DNA of 63,231 bases, the filler included, from Craspedostauros australis (taxonomy: Eukaryota): the NCBI GenBank assembly GCA_030167865.1. It is 14 parts of 14 records of this genome, joined end to end, with 100 filler letters (N's around TTAATTAATTAA, not from the genome) between each part and the next. Parts side by side here need not be neighbours in the genome. Positions count along the whole stretch, not along the records: positions 11,625 to 13,731 come from JALAGF010001075.1; positions 13,832 to 15,263 come from JALAGF010001076.1; positions 15,364 to 17,178 come from JALAGF010001077.1; positions 17,279 to 23,673 come from JALAGF010001078.1; 10 more parts are not named here. The stretch is one strand, 5' to 3'. Position numbers and translations under genes: made by a program. Below the pieces are notes generated by a model. That model made no database searches. It was not told the origin of the DNA and saw nothing but the letters and a program-made list of their open reading frames with translations. This document shows positions 11,625 through 23,773 of this stretch, piece after piece (position 1 is the first letter of the stretch; each line of letters begins with the position of its first letter).

Positions 11625-13731
11625 AATATCCTGCGTGGATTTGTTCTCTCCGCTGTTGTCACCTCGGAAGATGATCTGTTGGTCACCTGTCTGTGACTTG
11701 ATCGTTTGGACGAATCGTTTGATGTATCCTGGTTGATCACTTTTGTTCTTGAGAAAGAAACTCCAGCAGTGATCCGTGCAGTCGTCCACGATNNNNNNNN
11801 NNNNNNNNNNNNNNNNNNNNNNNNNNNNNNNNNNNNNNNNNNNNNNNNNNNNNNNNNNNNNNNNNNNNNNNNNNNNNNNNNNNNNNNNNNNNNNNNNNNN
11901 NNNNNNNNNNNNNNNNNNNNNNNNNNNNNNNNNNNNNNNNNNNNNNNNNNNNNNNNNNNNNNNNNNNNNNNNNNNNNNNNNNNNNNNNNNNNNNNNNNNN
12001 NNNNNNNNNNNNNNNNNNNNNNNNNNNNNNNNNNNNNNNNNNNNNNNNNNNNNNNNGTTCTTGACGATGGCTGTGCAAGCCTTGTCGTCGTTCGTTGGCA
12101 TGATGGGATGCATCTGCACTCCCGTGATGAATCCGTTGGCTGTGGGAAAGACTCGGTCGAATATGATCTTCGTTCCGGATCCGTTGATGATGTCCATCAG
12201 AATGCCGTTGCTGCCAAGCTGGTAACCGTTGTACAGAGCCTTGTTCGTGGAGAAAAGGTTCACCGCCATTTTCGGTGTGTACTTCACGTCATCGAGCCGG
12301 ATGANNNNNNNNNNNNNNNNNNNNNNNNNNNNNNNNNNNNNNNNNNNNNNNNNNNNNNNNNNNNNNNNNNNNNNNNNNNNNNNNNNNNNNNNNNNNNNNN
12401 NNNNNNNNNNNNNNTTGAAGAGAGCGGCGTCTGAATTGACGATGTGACACGAAGCTCCACTGTCGGCGAGCCAGGTGTCCTTGTTGACCTTGTCCTTGTA
12501 TCGAGTGCTTAGCTCGTGGAGCTGCTCCACAGCTGCTGCAGCTGTATCGGTCATGAAGTTATCTTCGTCTTCTTCGTCGATGTGGACTCCATATTCGTTC
12601 CATGGATTCTCGTGATGCTCGTCGTCGGTCTCATCGGATAGTTGCGTGTAGTCCAATGGAATGGTGTTGCTTCGGTGTGATCCTGTGGCTGGATCGTATG
12701 GGTGGACGCGTGATCGCTCTCGCAAGAGTACACGCATACATCCTCCAAGGATGTAGTGCAGATCCGTCTCTGGGATCGTCTCCGTGTTGTCCGCTTCCAG
12801 TATGCGGTTGATGACGACCGAATTGGCGAGAATCTCTTCGATTGATTCGAAGTTCTCGGATAGGATGGATCCCATCATGTTCACCCATATCGGTCTGAGC
12901 ACTCCTCGTGCGGTCCCTGAGAACAGTCGCATCCCCGCTTCCATTACTGCGTCAAAGATGAGCTGCTTTTGGATTATCAATGCTGTTGCTGTTGCGTTTG
13001 GGGTGATGCTGTGACGGAGGAGGTAGTCGACACTGTTGGGATCCTCAATATCTGGGAAGTCGATATTCGCTGGATAGACGACACGCTCGTTTGGATTGAA
13101 GCTGTCGTCTGGATGATCTTCGGTTTCGTCGCTGTCATCTTCGTCGAAGATGCCCGATCTGTTGTTCCCCGCCGCTGGAGGAGGCGGCGCTGCGCCGCGG
13201 TTTGTTTCATCTTGTCCTCTGTTGGTGAAGGTTCCCGTTCTCTCGTATCTCCCTGCCTGGGGAGGAGGCATTTCGTCGCGGTTCACCTCGTCGTCTTCAC
13301 TTGCGCCGTCCTCGTCGGCGTCGTCGGCGTCGTCGTCGTCATCGCTCATGGCCTCTTCGATGTCGCTATTGTTGGCCTCGTCGTCCATCTCAGCTTCGTC
13401 GCCGTATGAACCGATCAGGTCGTGCGCGTTGAAGCAGCATTCNNNNNNNNNNNNNNNNNNNNNNNNNNNNNNNNNNNNNNNNNNNNNNNNNNNNNNNNNN
13501 NNNNNNNNNNNNNNNNNNNNNNNNACTTCGTCGTCACTTCCGACGCACTCGAAGTTATCGAAGAAGGAGTCTTCGATGTAGTCGTCGGACACCAACATGC
13601 AGAGCGGCATGTCCTTCGCGGAGAGTACCATCTCGTGTCCGCTCTTATCGTGTCCTTGTGTTGCTGTGTTGGCCTGTTCGTCGGCCTTCTTCTTCTCGTT
13701 GAACTTCTTCTTTCGGCACTCCGCCTCGCGA
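11625..13731 (-). mobile_element. Ty1/copia gag-pol fragment (protease, integrase start)
   Basis: Protease motif WLADSGASCH, L.DVKYTP...VNLFS, integrase IVDDCTDHCWSFFLKNKSD...FRGDNSGEN; PR-IN order of copia; frame held across N gaps. Confidence 0.92.
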
Positions 13732-13831
13732 NNNNNNNNNNNNNNNNNNNNNNNNNNNNNNNNNNNNNNNNNNNNTTAATTAATTAANNNNNNNNNNNNN
13801 NNNNNNNNNNNNNNNNNNNNNNNNNNNNNNN

Positions 13832-15263
13832 CCTGAGTGTGTCCGCGAGCGCTTCGTGGAAGCGTGCGCCGGAAGTGCGGAGGCCGTAGAGTGCCTTGAC
13901 GATTTGCATCGTGTGACCGGCCTTGTCTCCGAACTCGTCTCCAGCGACAAAGCAGATGCGTTCCTTGGTGTAGGCTTCCAAGTACGCATTGCCGATGTCG
14001 CCGACCATGGTCTGAAGTCCGTTCATCTCCCCAGCGAGTAGTGCGAGGCGGAGGGAACGGAGGCTGACGACTCCAGCGTAGGCTGTGTCTTTGCATGGCG
14101 CTGTCAGGTGGCCGCCAGCGACGCATCTGGCCTTGTGGCGCAGATCGTGCTTCACGGCGTATACCCATTGCAACCGAATCTTCTGGAACCCATCGGGTAC
14201 CTTGGCGTGGTATCCAAGGGTCTTGAAGGTTTCGTAGCTCGTGAGCTGGTCCATTTCCTTGCGCTCGGCATCAGCCCACAGCGTGTTACCATTCTTCGCG
14301 TCAAGCATCATCGCTTCCTTGTGGTTGCGCGGTACCTGAACGCCAAATTGGAATACGGGTGTGTTGCTGCGGTTCGCCTTGTTGGTGGCGATTGCACGAG
14401 CGATCGAGTGTTGGCGAATACCGATTTGTCGGAAACGCTTCCACCCGGGAACCCCAAGCAAATCGTGTTTCCGCGCATAAATAGCGCAAGAAACCGGGTC
14501 ATCCTTCGCAATGACAGATAACGGTTCGGATGTTTTGGAACCGTCATCCCAGAGCACAGTGACATTGTACTTTGATCCCTTGTAGGATGGGGATGTCTGA
14601 GCGAGGGGACCTTCGTGATCCACGATGTCTTGGAAGGACCATTGATTCTCTGCCTGCGGGTTGTCCGCAGCACCATCTGTGGTTTGTTGCTCGAAGACGT
14701 CGGAAAGTTCGACGTACGAAATCAGTTCGTGAAGCTCCCCATCGTTGAGTGATAGGAGCATCTTGATACGCTGATGGTTCTCAGTGTCTGAATCGTTGAT
14801 CTTTTGGATCACTTCGGCACGGACGTTTTGTCCATTGCGGTGGAACAAAATTGTCTTGCCCAGAAGTTCTTCAGGAGTGAACTTTGGAACAGAAACGACG
14901 TCCTTTCCACTTGTGCTGGNNNNNNNNNNNNNNNNNNNNNNNNNNNNNNNNNNNNNNNNNNNNNNNNNNNNNNNNNNNNNNNNNNNNNNNNNNNNNNNNN
15001 NNNNNNNNNNNNNNNNNNNNNNNNNNNNNNNNNNNNNNNNNNNNNNNNNNNNNNNNNNNNNNNNNNNNNNNNNNNNNNNNNNNNNNNNNTTGCGAGTAGA
15101 GGCATCATCGGCGGCGCGGATAGCAGACCGAGGCAGGAGTTGTTGTGTTGCATCGTCGAGCACCCAGAATGTGAGGTCATCGCCCTTGTGGAGGCACGGA
15201 CCGGCCCAGTGGCCGCGGCGCTCCTTGGACTCACTCGGGAAGCCAGGACGTTCCACACGGTAG
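13832..15263 (-). mobile_element. Ty1/copia (CoDi-type) pol fragment: integrase C-terminus, chromo-like region, RT N-terminus
   Basis: FQFGVQVPRN..EA..LD..NGNTLW.DA, WVYAVKHDLRHKARCVAGGH, GDIGNAYLEA, KALYGLRTSG. Confidence 0.95.
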
Positions 15264-15480
15264 NNNNNNNNNNNNNNNNNNNNNNNNNNNNNNNNNNNNN
15301 NNNNNNNTTAATTAATTAANNNNNNNNNNNNNNNNNNNNNNNNNNNNNNNNNNNNNNNNNNNNTGTGCGTGTGTTTGCATCATGCGCACGATTTTGTTTT
15401 TGTTCGAATGGATGTCCAAACGTGGATTCGTCAAATCGTGAATCAAAAGACTCCCACAAACATTCGATGTCAGTCGTGAC

Positions 15481-15678
15481 GTTTCAATGAAAGTAATCAC
15501 GATTCAATGAAAGTAATCACGATTCAATGAAAGTAATCAGGATTCAATGAAAGTAATCACGATTCAATGAAAGTAATAGCGTTTCAATGAAAGTAATAGC
15601 GTTTCAATGAAAGTAATCGCGTTTCAATGAAAGTAATCGCGTTTCAATGAAAGTAATGACGTTTCAATGAAAGTAATA
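15481..15678 (+). repeat. 20-bp tandem array, 10 copies (G[T/A]TTCAATGAAAGTAATNNN)
   Basis: Direct reading; the invariant core contains the odd palindrome TTCA-A-TGAA. Confidence 0.97.
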
Positions 15679-16576
15679 AAATCGACGTTACCGCCTATAA
15701 CGTCTTTTTAACTGTCACAGATTGGAACATCGGAGTTGGTCTTGGCTCGTCGGCGTCGAGGAGTGCCTCGAACACGGGATTGGTGTGGCGAAGGGCGTTT
15801 GTCCGTTCTCCGGACACACTTTCAACGAATTTCCCGTGCCTTGCTGGCAGAACACAACACAAACAGTAGCAACATCAACAGATCCGCACACCACAAACCA
15901 TTCACATTGATTCCACCCGGACCCGTCACCAAGTCATAACCGTTCATACTGACATAGTATTATTCCATAGTTCATATACAACCGTGCAATACATGCATAC
16001 GAGGAGAGAGGACTCGACCTTCTCGATACCCATATTTGTACATCGCACAGTCGCAGCTGTCCAAGCCTCAACAACAAAGAGCAGATCGTTGCGAGTACGG
16101 ATCGCCGTCAACGCAGCATGGATCTCCCCTTCCCACCATCTTTCAACTCACCTCCGCGCATACCCATGCACATGGACATGCTCATGCGCAGGCCCATGTG
16201 AGTGCACTACTTGTACTCGCACTTGCCCTTGTGCTGGCGTCTCCCGAAGTGGATGCGTACATGTGCCAACACATGAAAACGTGGTAGCTGTGTGGCTGAG
16301 GGGATGGTGGTATCCTCCCTTGCATGAACGACTTGACGTCGACCTTCCTGTCTGCGAACCAGTATTTCCATTTGTTCCCCTGCCTCTTGATCGCACCTGT
16401 GTGCATTCGTACTCATACATGTGGACCTGCAGGCTGAGCGCACATGACACTGCCATCTGCTTCTACTTGCCATACACTCACATTGACGCAATCCACCCTC
16501 TCTTCCTCTCTCTTCCATCCAACTCTGAATGCATCCGCTGGGGCATATTCTCTATTCTACAATGCAATCAAAATGA

Positions 16577-17178
16577 AACTGGAATGGAAACAGTGATGAC
16601 CCCAATGACAGATGGCTTGTACGATTGTACAAAGCATGCAATTGGAACAACTTGGCATCGGTGCAGGCCTTGGTCGAATCATGCGAGGAGGGCACGCTTT
16701 GCAATGTTGTGCATGAACTTGGCGATACACCACTCCATCGTGCTTCCTATCATGGAAACATGGCCATTGTGAAGTACTTGGTGGAGTCTGATCGAATCAA
16801 GGTGGATGTCAACCTCCAGGATCGCTTTGGAATGACAGCAATCCATCGTGCTTGCTGTAATGGACACACGGATATCGTGAAGTATCTGATGGAATCCGAC
16901 CGCGTTCAGGTGGATTTCAACATTCCAGACAGGGACGGCAATACGCCCATGCACATTGCGTCCAAGCGTGGAGACAGAGATACCATTGAGTACTTCATGC
17001 AATCTGATCGAAGCGATGTGGATGTCAACGCCCGAAACAACAGAGGGCAGACATTGCTCCATCTCGCTTGCAGGAGCGGAAAGAGAGATCTTGCTGAGTA
17101 CTTGATGGAATCTGATCGAATCCACTTCATCATGGATGATACTGATGGCAACAGCTTACTCCACCATGCCTGCGAACA
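16577..17178 (+). CDS. Ankyrin-repeat protein, partial (possible 5' lesion)
   Basis: Five repeats of G.TPLH.A...G...IVKYL.ESDR..VD.N..D; cut at contig end; the nearest upstream in-frame ATG (16562) is followed by TGA. Confidence 0.88.
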
Positions 17179-17327
17179 NNNNNNNNNNNNNNNNNNNNNN
17201 NNNNNNNNNNNNNNNNNNNNNNTTAATTAATTAANNNNNNNNNNNNNNNNNNNNNNNNNNNNNNNNNNNNNNNNNNNNGTTGGTGGGTGATGGAAACGTT
17301 GGATTTCAATCGTAACGTTTCGAAACG

Positions 17328-18082
17328 TGTTGGAAATCCGGGGTTAGGTAGTAGATTAATCTGTTATCAATCTGTACCAATTTAGAACTGTGAGAACAAA
17401 CTCCTTGACTCTTCAATTCCAATTCAGCAGCAAGTGTAATCCGTAGCAGTTCACCATGATCATGCACATGTCCATGGTTGCTTTCATCTGCTTCATCAGC
17501 TTGCTCTCATGCTCTCTTCTGCAGATTCATCATGCATCATCGTGGTGATTTGCATCTTCTACATTTGAGCAGCATCTCTCATAGACGCACAGGTACCTTC
17601 AGCATGGGTCTCAGTCTGATCGATCCCACTTGACCTTCGGTTCCTCAGCATTCCTCCTGCGCCATCATCACATACTCACCGGTCACGTTCATTCCATGTC
17701 GCCTCGTCAATCGTGCTCTTGAGCGGATAGGGGCATCGCTCCCGTTTCCCTTTCTCGGAGAAGCGATCCCTTGTCAGTCGATGCGCGTCGACATGTCTGG
17801 TACATATCGACAGTTTTGCCCATAGTCTTGGCTCATGTGCGATTACATCCCTAGAGGTTGATCCATAGGTTTGTCCTCATCACAGCGGTGGTACATGGAT
17901 AGGCTCCATGGTGGGACATGACTGATGTTGATGTCATTCATGAACAGAGAGTTGATGGGGGACAGGCTGCAAGGTGGTCCGAGTGTTACCAACAAAGTTG
18001 ACCTCGTCGAGTTGTGAAGATATTATTGGGAGGTGCGGCAATCATGGGTATCTTAGTAAAAGAGTACCCCCGATTCCTGACA
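17328..18082 (-). mobile_element. LTR family A, copy 1 (755 bp; probable 5' LTR with internal region toward 17279)
   Basis: TGTTGGAAATCCGG...CGATTCCTGACA termini; homologous to 24972-25445 and 48958-49714; no TSD here. Confidence 0.88.
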
Positions 18083-18420
18083 AATAAACACATCAAGATT
18101 GACAAGATAGTAGTAACAACAAGGTAATGTTGTTACTTTCCTGGATAGTCCTGGCTCTTAAGTTTACGTAGATGTGAAGAGATATTCGATTGGGTGTCTG
18201 CAAAATCAAGTCTGAGATCGGGAAAACGGGTCCAAAATCTGTAGCCAACTGTAGGCAATAATCGCCAATTATTGGGGTCTGTTTGAGGCACCAGTATTCA
18301 TGCGTCTGACACAGTCCACAAGAATGAAAAGCTGGCCCTTACAGATTTCGGTCGGGCAAAGTTGAGATGTACGAGTATTGAGATTGTACGACTAATGAGG
18401 TTGTGCGTATTCTGATAAAT

Positions 18421-20676
18421 TTACTTCCCTCCATTTGAGATTTGTTTGGCAAGCTCGTGTACTTCTTGTGTGACAATGACGGTCAATGGGTTCATATCGA
18501 AACAATCTTTCGGAAGGCGATTGCACGCCCCTTCACCTATCAGTATCAATGTATCGGGTGGTGAGGTCGTGCAAGAATCTGAAGATGCGCAGCATCTCCC
18601 GTCGCAGGCTTCTCTCACATCGCTTGGGCTGCCAACAAAAAGGAGCCTGTTGTTGGCCACTGCTGCCAAGAATACAGCAGCATACGAATAGTTACTCGTG
18701 GCGCTGAGAAACAATTCCTGAGCAATTTCGAGACTAAGGATCCCAGGAGAGGGGCCACCACTGCACCCCAAGACGGACCTAACCATGAGGCTTGTTTTTG
18801 GATCCAAGGCCTCAACTGCAGCGACAAAGTTTGCGCACGGACCTTCAAAAGTCGGACATGTGACCAATCCAGGGATTTCATGGAATGTTGAATCAACATC
18901 TCCAGGAGTTGCAAGACAGCCAACCTTCAGTGAAGGTGGGTTGGATGGCATTGATGATGGTAGACTGGAAGGTGGATCAGATAGCTTGTCAGAGGGAGCT
19001 TGAGACTGGGTTGGTAGACTGGTTGGTAGACTGGTTGGTAGACTGGTTGGTGTCTCGGATGGGTGTGTGGACGGAACTTGCGATAGAGTACCTGACGGAA
19101 GATCCGAAGGCATCTGGGATGGCGAATTGGTTGGGGTGCTGGTTGGACTGGACGTGAGAGGTGTTGGGAAAGGAGTGGGAGAAAAAGTCGGGCAGTCTGT
19201 GGGCAAGGTGTTCTTGCCAATACAGTACTCCTCCACCTTGTCACCAGTAGGATTCATGTTGCTATCATTGCCTCCCTTTGGACAGGCTCCATCGATATCG
19301 CTGATGAAGTAGAATTCATCAGGGCTGCACTCGTCCTTCGTCATGCATCCTCTGCAGCTATCAACGCTGCCACATCCACCAGGAGGGATGACGAGGTCGG
19401 TTCTCATCATGTCATTGAAGCCCATCTTCTCGCATGACCCATCGGCAGTGCAACCACCAGCACCAATGATCAGGCTGCCTGTAGACTTGCCAGCAGTACC
19501 ATAGTTGACAGTGGAATGGGCATCCTTGCAGGCATGGTTGCCGACGCACGCATTCGAACCAATGTGGATGTGACTTTGATAGCGAAATGATGGTACCTTC
19601 TGCACAACTCGGCGTCCACTGGAATTGCATGCGTCTGGCCCAACGCATGCACCGGTCTGGATGGTCACATCACCATGAGAACGACGTCCCACTCCCTCAC
19701 AAGATTGAGGGGTGGTGCATGCCATCTCACCGACAAAGGTGACTCCCGTGATGAACGGGTTGATCTCGTTCTCATTCATCAACTCGCATGCACTCGCGCC
19801 AGTGCAGGAGGAATCGAGAATGAGCGGGTTGGGTCCCATGTCCTTGCATGCGCTGTCGCCGGTGCATGCTGTGATGGCGATGGTCATGAATGGAGGAGAG
19901 TTGGAGGCGGAACCGGTGACTGAGGTGCATCCAGAGGGTCCTTGGCAACAAGGGTCGGTGGCAGGCGGCGATTGCATTGCAGCGACGGCCGCGCACGCTT
20001 CCTTCATTGCATTCGGACGTTCTGTGACTAGGAGCGGCTTGGTGGCAGCAATCAACGCCAATTGGCCAGCAAGCATGTCGTTGGATGCGTACTGGTTGAA
20101 GAGCTTGCGTGCAGCCCCTTCGCCGAGGTCTCCTGCGCATCCGAAGAAGTTCTGCAACTCTGCAGATTCCTTTACGGCGGTCACTGCCTCGCGACAGGAT
20201 GGCTTGTTCGCATTGCAGATGATGGTCTTGGCGCTTCTCTCTTCTGTTGTGAGGGTCGTGATGTCATCGGGCTTGCAAACGACTTCGATGGTGGAATCGA
20301 AGATGGCTGGAGCGGCCGTTGGCTTTGATGTTGGCAGGAGAGTCGGTTGAGAGGTCGGCAACGCGGTTGGCTGAGCCACAGGCGTCATCGAGGGCATCTC
20401 CGAAATCAATCCTGTCGGCGGTCCAGTGGGCAATGCGGTTGGCGCGGTTGTTTCTGGATCAGCCGGGTTGTCGGTAGGTACCTCGTTGTTTCTCTTTATG
20501 CCCTTGATTGCCTTCTTGTCACCGTCGGCGTCCTTGAGGATGCGGGTCTTCATCATTATCCTGTGGAGTTCCTCGGTTGGATCCACGGGAGTCCTGTTGC
20601 CGCGGAGCACGGCGTGAACCGTTGCCGTGTCGGTGAGAGCGAGAAAGGCGACGAGGGCTGCCTTGGCGTGGATCAT
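18421..20676 (-). CDS. Secreted Cys-rich repeat protein with PT/PS linkers and an internally duplicated module
   Basis: Signal peptide MIHAKAALVAFLAL..VHA followed by VLRG; repeated I...AC.G..AC units; mucin-like linkers. Confidence 0.8.
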   Translation of the reverse strand: MIHAKAALVAFLALTDTATVHAVLRGNRTPVDPTEELHRIMMKTRILKDADGDKKAIKGIKRNNEVPTDNPADPETTAPTALPTGPPTGLISEMPSMTPVAQPTALPTSQPTLLPTSKPTAAPAIFDSTIEVVCKPDDITTLTTEERSAKTIICNANKPSCREAVTAVKESAELQNFFGCAGDLGEGAARKLFNQYASNDMLAGQLALIAATKPLLVTERPNAMKEACAAVAAMQSPPATDPCCQGPSGCTSVTGSASNSPPFMTIAITACTGDSACKDMGPNPLILDSSCTGASACELMNENEINPFITGVTFVGEMACTTPQSCEGVGRRSHGDVTIQTGACVGPDACNSSGRRVVQKVPSFRYQSHIHIGSNACVGNHACKDAHSTVNYGTAGKSTGSLIIGAGGCTADGSCEKMGFNDMMRTDLVIPPGGCGSVDSCRGCMTKDECSPDEFYFISDIDGACPKGGNDSNMNPTGDKVEEYCIGKNTLPTDCPTFSPTPFPTPLTSSPTSTPTNSPSQMPSDLPSGTLSQVPSTHPSETPTSLPTSLPTSLPTQSQAPSDKLSDPPSSLPSSMPSNPPSLKVGCLATPGDVDSTFHEIPGLVTCPTFEGPCANFVAAVEALDPKTSLMVRSVLGCSGGPSPGILSLEIAQELFLSATSNYSYAAVFLAAVANNRLLFVGSPSDVREACDGRCCASSDSCTTSPPDTLILIGEGACNRLPKDCFDMNPLTVIVTQEVHELAKQISNGGK

Positions 20677-23600
20677 GGTTGCTTGTTGGTTGCTGCTCGT
20701 CAATTGCTTGGATTGTGTGCTGCGATGCATTTTCATGTTGGACACGGATAGAGTAGCGCAGTGCAGAGTAGAGCAGTGTGGAGTGCGGGAGCATACGTCG
20801 TCGTACCGGTGAAACACGAGAGATGTGGGGTTGAGTTGAGTTGGGCAGAACAGTGGAACGTGGCAGTAGTGCATTGGGCAGAGCGGAGTTGGAGGCGATG
20901 ACACCGTATGCCACCAACATGCAATGCAAACATGTGATCGGAACGACGAGAATGGAGGTCGCGTGGCACCATCACGCATCACATTCCCATGACGATGACA
21001 GCTGATTCGATGGGAGCGTCCTCCCCAGATGCTGTTGGTGACGCTGATGCTCCCGGTGTGTGCATCTGCTTGAGGCAGCATGCCGGGTGGGACGGGTGCT
21101 GCGAATGAATCCTCCAGTCATTGGCTCCTTGCCATGTAGACATTCATTCATCTTGCAAACCTGCGTCTGCAATTGATCGATGAGCGGAACATACCTTTGG
21201 ATTGTATCTGGCGTTTCCCGGAGAGAGGCTTGTGGTCTCTTGGCAACGTTTGTCGATTGCTGTGTGGTGATGCTGTGCGTCGTAGTACAATCTGCTCGTC
21301 GATTGTTTTTTGTGGCGGGTGCTGTGTGGATGTTGTGAAGGCAAGGAAGCGATTTTCGCAGACGTAAATCCACCCTGCGCATGCAGCAACAGACACAGAG
21401 AGGAATAGTGCGATGGATACTGTGGTTTTGTTGCTGTGCCAGCAACAGATGGACGCTTCTCCCTCCACTGTTCTGCTCGTGCGTGCACACATACACCTTG
21501 TGGAGAAAAGCAATTGGAGGGACATTGCTCGTTCATTCGCCTGTTGCTCATTCGATCCTTCATCTCTTCAACACAGTCCGACAACATGATCCACACCAAT
21601 AACAGCTGGTTCTAAACCAAGGAGATTCGTTCCTGTCCTGCAGGTGTGTGTGCATGGACTCCGATTCGTTCGCACTCGCGTTGATGACGTCGTTGGTAGA
21701 AGTTGCAATGTGGTGCGCCACTGCTGGAGCGAGTCGACAAGGCCCCACTAGCTACCGCTTGCGACACACACGGATCACACCCGCACACTTTGGTCCTTGC
21801 GTGTTCACCACCATGTCCCGATTTTCTCCTCCACCGCCTTCACTCATTTCTAAATGCTATCTCGTCGAGGCTGTGATCACGACCAGCTTCGACAGAACCG
21901 AAAGCTGTTGTGCTTCACCAATGGTATTTCTTGATCCTCTCTATTTATGGGTGTGTGTCACGAAGAAACTCTGGGAATGACGTTTGTATTGAATTGGTGC
22001 CGCGACGAGACACACAAGTATGCACAGCCTCCGAAAGCATAGCAGCAAAGTCGAAATAATTGTTTGGTTAATTCTGATCGTGGCGTGTCAATGTCGTGAT
22101 ATGTTTGCACCCAGATTCGCCGACGCTTTTGTGGCCTGCCAATGCCCACAAAGTTGTTCTCGGACCGGCTCCATTCTCCCGCTTCGGTCATTCAGCGGAT
22201 GAAACTTGAAAGATCAAACACGCCCGCCAGTGCGATACTGTGTGTCATCATCGCGTGTACTACATGGTGAAGCCGCCACCATCCGATGAATTGGCAGAAG
22301 ACAGAGACATACAGTATGCAACACGAGAGAGCCAGAGCGTCGGATGGAGCTGCCAAGAGTGATGCCTCGCTTCAATGTGATTCATGTGGTATACTCGTCG
22401 ATGCTGCAGTCGAACAGTCCTCTCAATCACCCCAAACACAAGTTCTGTCTATGCTAGAAATATTATGCTTTCTCAAGGAGAAGCGTGGGAACAGCGAGAT
22501 TCGTACCAGCATCATCAGCAACAACACCAATAGTAGCGACATTGTTAACCGCATCGCCAATGGCAACGTATTATGAGCGTGTAGGCGAAGAGAAGCACAA
22601 TCGAGACCGAGACCGAGACCAACCTCCACCTCATCGGCATGTGCTTCACTGTCTTCTGCAAAGCGCCCCCACGACGAAGATTAAAAAGCCTCGGCTCAGA
22701 GCAACGCGGATGTGAAGGAAAACTCTTGGGAAGCGCGGTAAAGACGATTCTTGTGTCGGTTTTTGCTATGTTCACGTTTGGGGCATGTGTCAGGAATCGG
22801 TTGTTCTGAAACACCGAATTGCCGCACCTCCCAATGGTAAGGAGTCGAATGTTATGAAACTCCACATTACCGCAACTCCCACCGTTTGATCTTTGTGACA
22901 GAAAATTGTGAGCTACATGCATCTTGTGGTGGAGAACGCCACGTGCCAAATGCAAACTGGACTGTAATGTTCGTGACCTCAATGCAGGAATGCGAATCAC
23001 ACATGTATGTTGCAGGGGGCAGGGATGTTGGAATCATGATCAACATCATGATACACGCGACTACGGCCCCAATGTCGCAACCAATGAGAAGAGAGTACTG
23101 GAGGAAGGCCGATGTCACAAAGAGTGAGATGGCCTGTGAATGGATCATCAATGACAAACCTGCGAAGAACCGGTGAAGTGATCGGTGAGATGATTGGAGA
23201 GGTATCGGAGAAGCATCCTGATAGAACGATATTGAAAACGAGGGTAACTTACTGTACGCCGAAGGGTGATCAATCCGTGGTAGTGCAGTAGGTTGGTGAG
23301 TTTGTGTGTGAGTGTGTGTCTTAGTCTTTAAAAGCTGATACAAATCCAAATGAGACGTTCAAAAGGATTGTGAGCAGGTGATGAGCAGCATCCATTATAG
23401 TTGGATCTGCATCATCTCTATTAGTAGTAACATAGTGGAGCGTTGAGTCTCCCACGTGCAATCATCGCGGTGCCGATGTTGCCATTCGAGAGAGGAGACA
23501 TCAATTTCGTGATGGTCGGAGAGAGAGTTTGTTGTTCACTCTCTTCCGATCACTTTTGGGGAATGATGTTCATTCAACGGTCTGGTACGTTGTCCATCCA

Positions 23601-23773
23601 GGACAGGTCATGTCACGCCCATAAGTGGCGTGGGATGGCACGATCGCCCAAACCCAAATTCAGCGGACACGCGNNNNNNNNNNNNNNNNNNNNNNNNNNN
23701 NNNNNNNNNNNNNNNNNTTAATTAATTAANNNNNNNNNNNNNNNNNNNNNNNNNNNNNNNNNNNNNNNNNNNN

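Noticed and set aside
15481..15678. CRISPR array
   Set aside because: Head-to-tail repeats with only 3-4 variable bases, no unique spacers, no cas genes, eukaryotic context.
15715..16430. Possible minus-strand multi-exon gene remnant (WKYWFADRKVDVKSFMQGRIPP)
   Set aside because: Could not build a consistent spliced model or recognise a domain.
18361..18390. GTTGAGATGTACGAG as another LTR B start
   Set aside because: Similarity stops after about 15-25 bp and the 5' T is missing; insufficient evidence.
20677..21081. Upstream extensions of ORF-track calls (here, and at 3837-4019 and 58006-58056)
   Set aside because: Downstream ATGs give better starts (signal peptides in the first two cases); the extensions read as UTR or simple repeats.
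21600..23670. Several 70-160 aa ORFs
   Set aside because: No recognisable motifs, and all frames are interrupted; possibly decayed genes, but not supportable.
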